A DNA stretch of 32,000 nt from Planctomycetales bacterium (lineage in GTDB: Bacteria > 4484-113 > JAFGCY01). How positions within the stretch are numbered: position 1 is the stretch's first letter; each line of letters begins with the position of its first letter. The stretch spans positions 1,050,001 through 1,082,000 of the forward strand of contig CP060262.1 of assembly GCA_022646745.1 (NCBI GenBank), in the 5' to 3' direction. A model generated the notes under the pieces. It was not told where the DNA came from, searched no databases, and worked only from the letters and a program-made list of their open reading frames with translations. Below, in pieces: positions 1 to 7,386 of the stretch. The translations under genes and the position numbers were made by a program.

Positions 1-1
1 G

Positions 2-526
2 TTCTGCTGTGGGCTTTTGCTGGTGATTGCCATCCTGGACTACATCTACCAGAAGTTCGAATTCGAGAAAAGCATCAAGATGAGCAAGCAGGAGATCAAG
101 GAGGAGTACAAGAACATGGAGGGCGACCCGCAGATCAAGCGCCGCATCCGTGAGATGGGCCGCCAGTACGCCATGAGCAGCATGCAGGAGCAGGTGCAGC
201 GCGCCGATGCGGTGATCACCAACCCGACGCATTACGCAGTGGCGGTCTGCTATGAGATGGACTGGCCGGCGCCGAAGGTCGTTGCCAAGGGCGTCGACTA
301 TGCGGCGCTGCGCATCATCCGCTACGCAGAGGAACTGGAGATCCCGGTCTACCAGCAGCCGGAGCTGGCCCGTGCGCTTTATAACGTTGACCTCGAGCAG
401 TACGTGCCTGCCAACCTGTTCCGCGCCGTGGCCCGCGTGCTGGCGCACCTCGCCCGCTATGACGGCAAGCTGCGCCGTAAGCTCGGCAGTGGCAAGGGCA
501 GCCCGGTTGCGCAGGCGAAGCCGTAG
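2..526 (+). CDS. flhB: Flagellar/T3SS export switch protein FlhB, C-terminal part (5' end outside the window)
   Basis: The frame is open from the window edge. The translation has the FlhB/YscU cytoplasmic domain with the autocleavage motif NPTH (VITNPTHYAVAV) and the conserved KMSKQEIKEEYK..GDPQIKRRIRE stretch. Stop TAG at 524-526. Confidence 0.85.
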   Translation, partial: FCCGLLLVIAILDYIYQKFEFEKSIKMSKQEIKEEYKNMEGDPQIKRRIREMGRQYAMSSMQEQVQRADAVITNPTHYAVAVCYEMDWPAPKVVAKGVDYAALRIIRYAEELEIPVYQQPELARALYNVDLEQYVPANLFRAVARVLAHLARYDGKLRRKLGSGKGSPVAQAKP

Positions 527-592
527 CTGCGTGGGATCCGAGGCAGGCGGGCACTGTCCACCAGCGCCCTTCTCCGCTAGAATCAAGCCACA

Positions 593-1945
593 GTGCCGGC
601 CAGCGGTTACAGCTACAAAATGCCAAGGCATGGCGGCGGAAAGGTTAGGCGCAATACCGAACCTCGCCGGCCGCTGTCCTGCTGCTGCCTGTCCCCGTTG
701 ATCGTGCTGCTGCTGGCCGGGGGAGCTCTGTGGTACTGGCAACCGGCCATGCTGGGCCAGCTCCGGCAGGATGCCACAAAGCTCATTGGACAACTCCTCC
801 CCTCCGAACCGGAGCCGCAGTTCAACCACCCGAAGGTCAACTACAAAAGCGACCCCAACAAGTTCAGCCAGGGCGCACTGGATGTCCCGCCGCTCAGCGA
901 CTCCCCCGCGCTGCCGGGCTTCCGCGAACTGCTGCTGCTGGAGAAGCCGCAAAGCATCGACGGCCGGCTAAGTCGCCTGAAGCATGAAGGACAGGAGTAC
1001 CTGTTCACGGCGATGGGCGCGAACGATGTGCAGTTCATCGGGCCGGAAGGCCCGCTCAGCCTGCCGTATTCGATCACGCCACTGGATGGCAGCTGGCAGG
1101 CGGGCTGGGACTTCAACCGCGACGGGCGCGATGAAGTGGTACCGCTGTTCTCGCTGGAAAGCATCTTCGAAACCCAGCTGCCTGTGCCGGAATACCTCTG
1201 GAGCGGAATGATGGTCAGCAATGCCACGGTGGTGGAGGATGAAAACGGCCAGTCAATCAAGGTGCTGCATGGCCTGCCGGACCTGACCCGGCAGGAGTTC
1301 ATTCCGGCTGTCGATGTGGATGGCGACGGCTGGAAGGAGCTGGTGCTGACCGATACCCGGGTCGGTGATGAACGCACCAAGTTCCTTGTGTACGGTTACC
1401 TCGGGGAGAAGCGCGCCAGCCTGCTGGTGGAGCGTGATGCCTACTTCGCCGGGGTGAGCGATACCAACGGTGACGGCGGGCGCGAGCTGATCCTGTTCGA
1501 CCGTCGCCGCGAGCTGGTTGTGGCCCTGTCTCTGAAAGGTGGATCTCGGGTGGTGCTGACCCCGCTGCCCTTTGCCGATATATCCGCCATGCCTGACCTC
1601 AACGGGGATGGGATCAGCGAACTCGTGGACAGCGGCCGCGCATGGTGGGATCCGGTCAGCGGCTCCTATGTGGAGCTGGAGCCGGCACTGGGCAGCAAAG
1701 ATCCGGATGAAGTGAAGCGGCTGAAGGTGCTGGCCTGTGACCTTGACTCAGATGGCCGCCGGGAACTCATCATCTTCGAGGGCCAGCTGCATGGCCTGGA
1801 GCGCATGGCGGTCTACGCCCCGGACGGCAAGGCGCAGCAGCTGGTGGAATTCGACGATCCACTGGTGGATGCCGCCGTGCTCAGCCGGGGGCAGCAGGAA
1901 TTCCTGGTGCTGGCCGGGCGTAATGGCCTGTGGAGCCTGCCCTGA
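593..1945 (+). CDS. Membrane-anchored FG-GAP/VCBS-like repeat protein (predicted beta-propeller)
   Basis: N-terminal hydrophobic helix (LSPLIVLLLAGGALWYW). Five DxDxDG-type calcium-loop repeats: DFNRDGRDEVV, DVDGDGWKELV, DTNGDGGRELI, DLNGDGISELV, DLDSDGRRELI. The start is uncertain (GTG 593 or ATG 620). Confidence 0.7.
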   Translation: MPASGYSYKMPRHGGGKVRRNTEPRRPLSCCCLSPLIVLLLAGGALWYWQPAMLGQLRQDATKLIGQLLPSEPEPQFNHPKVNYKSDPNKFSQGALDVPPLSDSPALPGFRELLLLEKPQSIDGRLSRLKHEGQEYLFTAMGANDVQFIGPEGPLSLPYSITPLDGSWQAGWDFNRDGRDEVVPLFSLESIFETQLPVPEYLWSGMMVSNATVVEDENGQSIKVLHGLPDLTRQEFIPAVDVDGDGWKELVLTDTRVGDERTKFLVYGYLGEKRASLLVERDAYFAGVSDTNGDGGRELILFDRRRELVVALSLKGGSRVVLTPLPFADISAMPDLNGDGISELVDSGRAWWDPVSGSYVELEPALGSKDPDEVKRLKVLACDLDSDGRRELIIFEGQLHGLERMAVYAPDGKAQQLVEFDDPLVDAAVLSRGQQEFLVLAGRNGLWSLP

Positions 1946-2141
1946 GCCAGGGAAAAGTCCTCCAATCAGAGTAATCGGGGAAATTTTCTGAGTGCCTGTA
2001 ACATTCGCAATGGCAGGTTTATCTATTAACCGACACCAGTTTGCAAAGGCCGGTGTGAGAGGGGTACCGGGCCGGGAGGCCAGGGTAGCCCACTCAGATC
2101 AGCCACCAAATTTGATTACCTCCTATATTTCAGCCGGTAGT

Positions 2142-2180
2142 CCCCGAGGGAACCCCCAATCTCTCGGGGCTCTTTTTTTC
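2142..2180 (+). terminator. Rho-independent terminator
   Basis: 10-bp stem CCCCGAGGGA (2142-2151) / TCTCTCGGGG (2160-2169, one G-U pair), 8-nt loop, then CTC + T7 (2173-2179). Confidence 0.7.
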
Positions 2181-2602
2181 TTGTTTCCCCTTCCATCTCA
2201 CGCAAGCGCTCGATGGGCTGCAATGCAGCTCGAAGCAAGCTCCTCGCTGATTGCTCGGAATATCGGCGGTCTGGCGCTGCAGCCAGCAAAGCTTCAGTGG
2301 GTCGGCCGGAAGTAACATCTCCCAAACAAATCAGCGACTGCACGTGCAATCAGTGAGAAGCTGCGCTTTGAGCTGTATTGCAGACCCGCGAATCTTTGGA
2401 TAAGCGGGCAAGTGGATTCGGTCTGGCGCTGCGGTCGGCTAAGCCGCCCGGGTCGCGCTGAAGGTAGCCAGGCGTTATTCGGGATCCATTGAATTCTGAG
2501 AACAGGTCGAAAACTGCACGCTTCCTCAGTATCGGAAGTTTGAAGCTGGCTCTCCAAGTTGGCGCATGGCGCCACCGCTACCTCACATCCATTTCTCCTA
2601 TC

Positions 2603-2693
2603 CTGCCTCCTGCCTATTGCCTTCTGCCTTCTGCCTTCTGATCCCCGGTCCCCGCTCCCTGCACCCTGCACCCAGCACCCAGCACCCTGATAT
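2603..2693 (+). repeat. Degenerate tandem heptamer array, 13 units
   Basis: Reads in strict 7-nt register: CTGCCTC CTGCCTA TTGCCTT CTGCCTT CTGCCTT CTGATCC CCGGTCC CCGCTCC CTGCACC CTGCACC CAGCACC CAGCACC CTGATAT. Confidence 0.85.
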
Positions 2694-3122
2694 TTATTAA
2701 ATGTTGGTTAACCCGCCGAACCCGCTCTGAACCAGCAGGTCTCAATGTTCATAGGACAGTGAGGGGATTCCCAGAGCCAAAAAGACAGTAAGGGGTCCCG
2801 GGGACAGTAGGAGATAAGCGGGTATCTGGTGCAATGGATACCGGGCAGTGCTATAGGTGCGCTATGGACGCCTGCCTGGAAGTCCGGAGTGGCGGATACC
2901 CTTTTTGTTCAGCGTTGCGATGATTAAACCCAGCTGAAATGCAATCTCTCCATCCTGAATTAGCATTATCACTTATCTCCGTAATTCACCCGGCATCGCT
3001 CCCAGACTGTCATATCCACAATCGATGGGCAAACTCCGGCGTAATTAGCTGCTTAATTAAAACTCCGGCTAAAACCGGAATTCACTGGCTATAGGTGTAA
3101 CTTTCTCGTGTAGAATCGCATC

Positions 3123-3242
3123 CATTAATCATCAGTTCACAGAGTCAGTGGAAGAGGAGGGCTAAAAGCCCGCCGGTGGGAATCCGGCAACTTTTCAACT
3201 TGACGTAAGCCCGCAGAGAAATCTGCGGGCTTTCGCGTTTCT
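3123..3242 (+). ncRNA. Candidate small RNA (unclassified)
   Basis: A -10-like TAGAAT (3111-3116) precedes three consecutive hairpins and a T-rich tail. Hairpins: GGGCT-AAA-AGCCC (3159-3171), GCCGG-TGGGAAT-CCGGC (3172-3188) and AAGCCCGCAG-AGAAAT-CTGCGGGCTT (3207-3232). No protein-like ORF. No -35 element was found. Confidence 0.25.
3207..3242 (+). terminator. Rho-independent terminator-like hairpin
   Basis: Perfect 10-bp stem (3207-3216 / 3223-3232), 6-nt loop, interrupted T tail TTTCGCGTTTCT. The opposite strand has no T tail. Confidence 0.55.
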
Positions 3243-3343
3243 GGGGCGTAATAGGCCACTGGGCTGTGGCCGCGGGCCTTGGATAGTTAGTGTCATGCAC
3301 AACGCAACGATTGCAGGCCTGATCCCAGCTCCCGGTGGCCTGA

Positions 3344-3364
3344 CTGGCTGGCATGGCCAGCCAG
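3344..3364. repeat. Perfect palindromic hairpin (9-bp stem, 3-nt loop)
   Basis: CTGGCTGGC-ATG-GCCAGCCAG with no T tail. Same style as GGCGC-ATG-GCGCC (2561-2573), GCCAAGCC-GTT-GGCTTGGC (10035-10053) and CAGGCT-TAC-AGCCTG (9827-9841, 10061-10075). Confidence 0.7.
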
Positions 3365-3438
3365 CTCAGTAATCCACAATCCATCCCCAGAGCCCGCATC
3401 AATACTGGCCGCAAACGCCCTCGCTTTGCCTGAAAGCA

Positions 3439-3468
3439 TTCCGTTGCCGCCCCGATTTCCCCTATAAT
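3439..3468 (+). promoter_or_regulatory. Candidate sigma70-type promoter for smc
   Basis: Perfect -10 TATAAT at 3463-3468. Weak -35 TTCCGT at 3439-3444 with an 18-nt spacer. About 95 nt upstream of the smc start. Confidence 0.35.
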
Positions 3469-3563
3469 TGATGCCCGCCCGCGCGGTGGAAAGGAAGAGG
3501 TGGCAAATCGGATGACCAGCGCTTCATGGCGCATGCGCGGCCCCGCCCTGACGGAGGCCGCCC

Positions 3564-6500
3564 TTGCTTAGACTGACCCAGCTGGAACTGCTCGGCTTCA
3601 AGAGCTTCCCGCACAAGACATTAATGGAGCTGGACGGCGGTGTGACCTGCATCGTCGGCCCCAATGGCAGCGGCAAGAGCAATCTCAGCGATGCAATCAA
3701 CTTTGCCTTCGGCTCCCAGAGCGGCAAGGAGCTGCGTGCGCACAACCTCTCGGGCCTGATATTCGCCGGCACCGAGCAGCTGCGCCCGCTCAACATAGCC
3801 TCCGTCACCCTGCACTTCGAGGTGATCGACGACACCCCGCCGGAGGATGAGGATGCCGAGCTGCTGGAGGCCCTCGCCGAAAGCGGCATCGGTGAGGACG
3901 GCCCGCGCACGGCCCAGGTGGACATTGAGTCCAGCGGCTATCCGGGCCTGCAGCTGACCGTGTTTCATTCCGCCCGCCTCGAGGAGAAGCAGGACCGCAC
4001 CCCCGGCATCATCCGCCTGTTGCGTGACATCAAGACCGGCGACCGCATCAGCCTGACCCGGCGCATCTTCCGCGACGGCACCGGCGGCTACTTCATCAAC
4101 GATGAGCAGGTGCGCCTGAAGGATGTGGATGAGCTGTTCAACCGCTTCAACCTCGGCCGCAACAGCGTGTACAGCGTCAGCCAGGGCGAGGTGGAGAAGA
4201 AGATCCTCGGCACGCCGCAGGAAATGCGTGAATGGCTGGCGGAGGCCACCGGCGTGGCCCTGTTGCTGCAGCAGAAGAACCGGGCCCAGCAGAAGCTGAA
4301 GAAGACCAGCCAGAACCTGGAGCGCCTGGAGGATATCCGAACAAACACCAGGCAGTTGGTTGAAGACCTGGCCGACCAGCGCGTCAAGGCAGAAGAGCAC
4401 TTGCGGGTGCGTGAACAGCTGCGCATTGTGGAACTGAATGAAATAAAGCGAGAGGTTGAATTCTCGCAGCGCCAGCAGCTCAATGCTGAAAGCGGCCTCG
4501 AGGAGCTGGAAAACAAACTGGTCAGTTCAAAAACAGCCCTGGATGATGCGAAGCTGGCCCTTGGCGAGAATGACAAGGCCCGCGAGGAAGCCCGCCAGGA
4601 GCTGGAAAGCTGCAACCGCCGGCTGGAATCCCAGCGTGAGCAGGCCGCCCAGCTCAGGCAGGCGGCCGCCGTGGCCCGCCAGGCCGTCTCCAGCCATGAG
4701 CAGGCGATCGAGCGTGCCCGACATGACAGTGATGAACTGAAGAACCAGCTGACCGAAATGGATGCCCATGAGGAGGCGATCCGCCGCAGCATCTCCCAGG
4801 CCCGCGAAGAGCAGGCCGCGGTGGCCGATGGTGGGGGCGAAACCAGCCGCCGCCTGCGGGAATGCCAGGAGCAGGTCAATGAACTGAGCCAGCAACAGAC
4901 CCGCCTGTCCTCCAGCGCTTTCGAGAACGCCCAGCAGCTGGCGCGCATCAACAACCAGCTGGAAAGCATCGAGCGCAGTGAACGCCAGCTCAGCAGCCAG
5001 ATCGAGGAACGCCAGCGCCAGTATGAGGCGTCAACAGTGCGCCTCGGTGAGATGAAGCAGGAGCTGGAGGAGGAGCAGACCCGCGCCGAACAGCTCGCGC
5101 TGGAAACCGGTGCGCAGAAGGATACGATCGAGGAGCACAACTCCGCGCTTTTGGAACTGCGCGAGGCAATCAGCAAGAGCGACCAGCACTGCGCCGGCCT
5201 GCGCAACACACTGGCCGAGCTGAATTCACGGCGCCGCACCATCGCAGAACTGGCCGAACAGGCCGGCCAGGAGGAGGGTGCGATTGCGCTGCTGCAGGAC
5301 GAGGAACTGGGCTCCAGCCTGGCCCGCGTCACCAGCATCACTTTCACCAATGAACTGCGCCCGGCCTTCACACGCCTGCTGGCGCACATGGACGATGCAC
5401 TGGTGGGCCAGCCCGACAGCCGCAGCCGTGCCGCCAGCATCCTGTCCGGTGCCGGGGCCGATTCCCTGCTGCTGACCGGCAGCTACTCCGGCGAGTTCCA
5501 CGAGCAGTCACTGTGGCGCCAGCTCAGCGGTGACCGCCGCGTGATCAACGCCCTGGCGGCGATGCTCGGTGATGTGCTGCTGGCGAATGACCCGCAGGAG
5601 GCCGACGGCCTGCTGGCTGGCAACAGTGGCGTGAGCGCGGTGGTGCTGCGCGACGGCAGCATGCTGATCGGCCGCAGCCACAGCTTCATCGGCCAGCCTT
5701 CCCCGGAGAAGGCCCTGAAGGTGGCGCGCCAATCAGATCTCGCCTACCTTGATGAACAGATAGAGGACATCCGCCTGCGCCTGGACAAGGCCAGCGCGGA
5801 GCTGAATGAACTGCGCCGCGCCCAGCAGAAGCGCCAGCAGGAGCGTGACGACGCAGTGGCGAAACTTGCCGCCGCCGAGGAGCGCCTGCGCAATGCCCTG
5901 CAACTCTGCGACCGCCTGCACAGCTCCATCGGTGAGCGCAGCGCGGAACTGCAGCTGCAGGCCAGCCAGACGAAGCAGCTGGAGGCCGACCGCGGCAAGC
6001 TGCAGGAGGAACGCCCCGAGCGCGAGAAGGAACTGCGCGAACTGCGTGAGCAGCAGTCGCAGATCCAGCAGCGTGGCAACGAACTCGAGCAGCAGCGCAA
6101 GGCCGCCGAGCTTGAGCTGGACGAAGCTCGCCGCCTGCATACCGAGGCCCTGACCCGCAAGGAGCTGGCGGATCAACAGGTGCGCCACCTCGAAAAGGAG
6201 GAGCAGGACAGCATCGCCCGCGCGCAGTCACTGCGCTCACGCATGCAGCAGCTCGGTTCCCGCATCGAGTCCAGCGAGAAGGAGCGCCAGCTGGCGCTGC
6301 AGACATCCGGCAGCGCCGCCGAACAGGCCACCCTGCTGGAGGAGCAGCTTGGCAACAGCGGCACGGAACTGGAAACGCTCGCGAAGCAGCGTGAGCAGCT
6401 TGAACTGCAGGGCCGCGAACTGCAGGAGCAGCTTGCCAGCCTGGGCCAGGCGCGCAACAAGCTGGAGCAGGAGCAGGTCTCGCTCAGCGGCCAGCGCGAG

Positions 6501-7316
6501 CGCGCCCTGGAGCGCATCACGGAATGGCTGGCAATGCTGGAGGAACGCCACCAGCTGACGCTTACGCAACTGATGAATGATGCCAGCCTGAGGGTCTCAC
6601 CCGTCGAAGCGGACATGGATGCCGCCGAGGCCGGGCGTAACAAGCTGCGTGCCGAGAAGGCGCGCCTGCAGGAACTGCTGGACCGCATCGGCACTGTCAA
6701 CCTGCTGTCCATCGAGCAGCACCAGGAGCACTCCCGCCGGCTCGACTTCCTCGACAGCCAGGCGATTGAGCTCGAGAAGGCCGTGGCCGACCTCGGCAAG
6801 CTGGTGGCTGACCTCGACCGCACCACCGAGGTGCGCTACCGCCGCAGCCTGCGGCGCATCGAGAAGCGCTTCAATGACATCTTCCTCGTGCTGTTCGGAA
6901 GCGGCTTCGCGCGCCTGAAGTACGACGAGCCGGAGGACATCATCAACTCCGGCGTGGAAGTCGAGGTGCAGCTGCCCGGCAGCCGCCGCCACAGCCTCAG
7001 AAGCCTCTCGGGAGGCCAGCGCACGCTGATCTTCCTCGCGCTGTTCTTCGCGGTGCACGGCGTGCGCAGCCCCGGCTTCTGCGTGCTGGATGAGGCGGAT
7101 GCCGCGCTGGATGATGCCAACGTGGAGCGCTTCGCCAAGCTGATCAAGCACTACTCCGAGGATGAGCAGTTCATCGTGGTGACCCACAACAAGAAGACGA
7201 TGGAATGCGCCGACAAGCTCGTCGGCGTGGTGGGCCGCCCGCGCGGCGTGAGCAACCTGCTGGATGTCAACATGCGCGATGCGCGCAAGATGGTAGACCA
7301 GGCCGCTGGCGCGTAA
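3564..7316 (+). CDS. smc: Chromosome partition protein SMC
   Basis: 1250 aa. N-terminal Walker A (GPNGSGKSN). Very long Glu/Gln/Arg/Leu coiled coils flank a central hinge-like segment. C-terminal signature LSGGQRTLIFLALFFA and Walker B FCVLDEADAALD. TTG start with a GGAGG SD 8 nt upstream. Confidence 0.9.
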   Translation: MLRLTQLELLGFKSFPHKTLMELDGGVTCIVGPNGSGKSNLSDAINFAFGSQSGKELRAHNLSGLIFAGTEQLRPLNIASVTLHFEVIDDTPPEDEDAELLEALAESGIGEDGPRTAQVDIESSGYPGLQLTVFHSARLEEKQDRTPGIIRLLRDIKTGDRISLTRRIFRDGTGGYFINDEQVRLKDVDELFNRFNLGRNSVYSVSQGEVEKKILGTPQEMREWLAEATGVALLLQQKNRAQQKLKKTSQNLERLEDIRTNTRQLVEDLADQRVKAEEHLRVREQLRIVELNEIKREVEFSQRQQLNAESGLEELENKLVSSKTALDDAKLALGENDKAREEARQELESCNRRLESQREQAAQLRQAAAVARQAVSSHEQAIERARHDSDELKNQLTEMDAHEEAIRRSISQAREEQAAVADGGGETSRRLRECQEQVNELSQQQTRLSSSAFENAQQLARINNQLESIERSERQLSSQIEERQRQYEASTVRLGEMKQELEEEQTRAEQLALETGAQKDTIEEHNSALLELREAISKSDQHCAGLRNTLAELNSRRRTIAELAEQAGQEEGAIALLQDEELGSSLARVTSITFTNELRPAFTRLLAHMDDALVGQPDSRSRAASILSGAGADSLLLTGSYSGEFHEQSLWRQLSGDRRVINALAAMLGDVLLANDPQEADGLLAGNSGVSAVVLRDGSMLIGRSHSFIGQPSPEKALKVARQSDLAYLDEQIEDIRLRLDKASAELNELRRAQQKRQQERDDAVAKLAAAEERLRNALQLCDRLHSSIGERSAELQLQASQTKQLEADRGKLQEERPEREKELRELREQQSQIQQRGNELEQQRKAAELELDEARRLHTEALTRKELADQQVRHLEKEEQDSIARAQSLRSRMQQLGSRIESSEKERQLALQTSGSAAEQATLLEEQLGNSGTELETLAKQREQLELQGRELQEQLASLGQARNKLEQEQVSLSGQRERALERITEWLAMLEERHQLTLTQLMNDASLRVSPVEADMDAAEAGRNKLRAEKARLQELLDRIGTVNLLSIEQHQEHSRRLDFLDSQAIELEKAVADLGKLVADLDRTTEVRYRRSLRRIEKRFNDIFLVLFGSGFARLKYDEPEDIINSGVEVEVQLPGSRRHSLRSLSGGQRTLIFLALFFAVHGVRSPGFCVLDEADAALDDANVERFAKLIKHYSEDEQFIVVTHNKKTMECADKLVGVVGRPRGVSNLLDVNMRDARKMVDQAAGA

Positions 7317-7319
7317 CGA

Positions 7320-7354
7320 GGGAGCTGGGAGCAGGTTGCAGGTTGCTGGCAGTA
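7320..7354 (+). repeat. Degenerate tandem heptamer array, 5 units, starting 4 nt after the smc stop
   Basis: GGGAGCT GGGAGCA GGTTGCA GGTTGCT GGCAGTA. Confidence 0.75.
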
Positions 7355-7386
7355 ACATCAGCGGCTCAGATGTAATCTCTTAGCTG

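Noticed and set aside
2114-2124. GATTACCTCCT resembling the 3' end of 16S rRNA (GATCACCTCCT)
   Set aside because: It is a single short match with no surrounding rRNA-like sequence. It is most likely chance, or at most an anti-SD-like patch within a 3' UTR.
2603-2693. The heptamer arrays (also 7320, 9801-10009) as possible CRISPR arrays
   Set aside because: The units are only 7 nt long and contiguous, with no spacers, and no cas genes are present. They are simple tandem repeats.
2876-2889. GGAAGTCCGGAG resembling the RNase P RNA CR-I motif GGAAAGUCCGGGC
   Set aside because: It is an imperfect match. The other universally conserved RNase P elements (such as the ACAGAAnnCGGCUUA region) are not present in the correct order within about 400 nt.
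2834-2923. 29-codon Cys-rich small ORF (MDTGQCYRCAMDACLEVRSGGYPFCSALR) inside the gap
   Set aside because: No SD lies at a functional distance (the AGGAG is about 20 nt upstream). It overlaps the alternative-pairing stems and the T5 tract. No modification or transport genes are nearby. It is kept only as a remote possibility, testable by ribosome profiling.
3145-3290. Possible cobalamin riboswitch (GCCGGTGGGAATCCGGCAAC resembles the GGTGnnAATCC core, and GGCCACTGGGC resembles the GCCACTG B12-box segment)
   Set aside because: The obligatory CCCGC-ACTGT continuation and the GGGAAGGC element are missing. A terminator hairpin sits between the two pieces. The only downstream gene is smc, which is not a plausible B12-regulated target. 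A cmsearch with RF00174 would settle this.
1992-3534. ORFs inside the gene-free gap (1992..2315 plus strand, 2294..2671 minus strand, 3145..3534 minus strand and smaller ones)
   Set aside because: They run through terminator hairpins and the heptamer/C-tract array. They are Arg/Pro/Ser/Cys-rich, lack SD sequences and show no domain-like motifs. I treated them as non-coding.
4088-6826. Long minus-strand ORFs (450, 206, 217, 151 aa and others) inside smc
   Set aside because: They give Ser/Cys/Arg/Ala-rich nonsense translations that mirror the Glu/Gln/Leu/Arg coiled-coil codons of smc. They have no start context. These are antisense artefacts.
3564-7316. The SMC-like ATPase as part of a defence system (Wadjet JetC, Lamassu LmuB or similar)
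   Set aside because: Its length, the classic FKSF..GPNGSGKSN head and the LSGGQ/DEADAALD tail fit housekeeping SMC. No jetA/B/D-like, lmuA-like or nuclease genes are adjacent.
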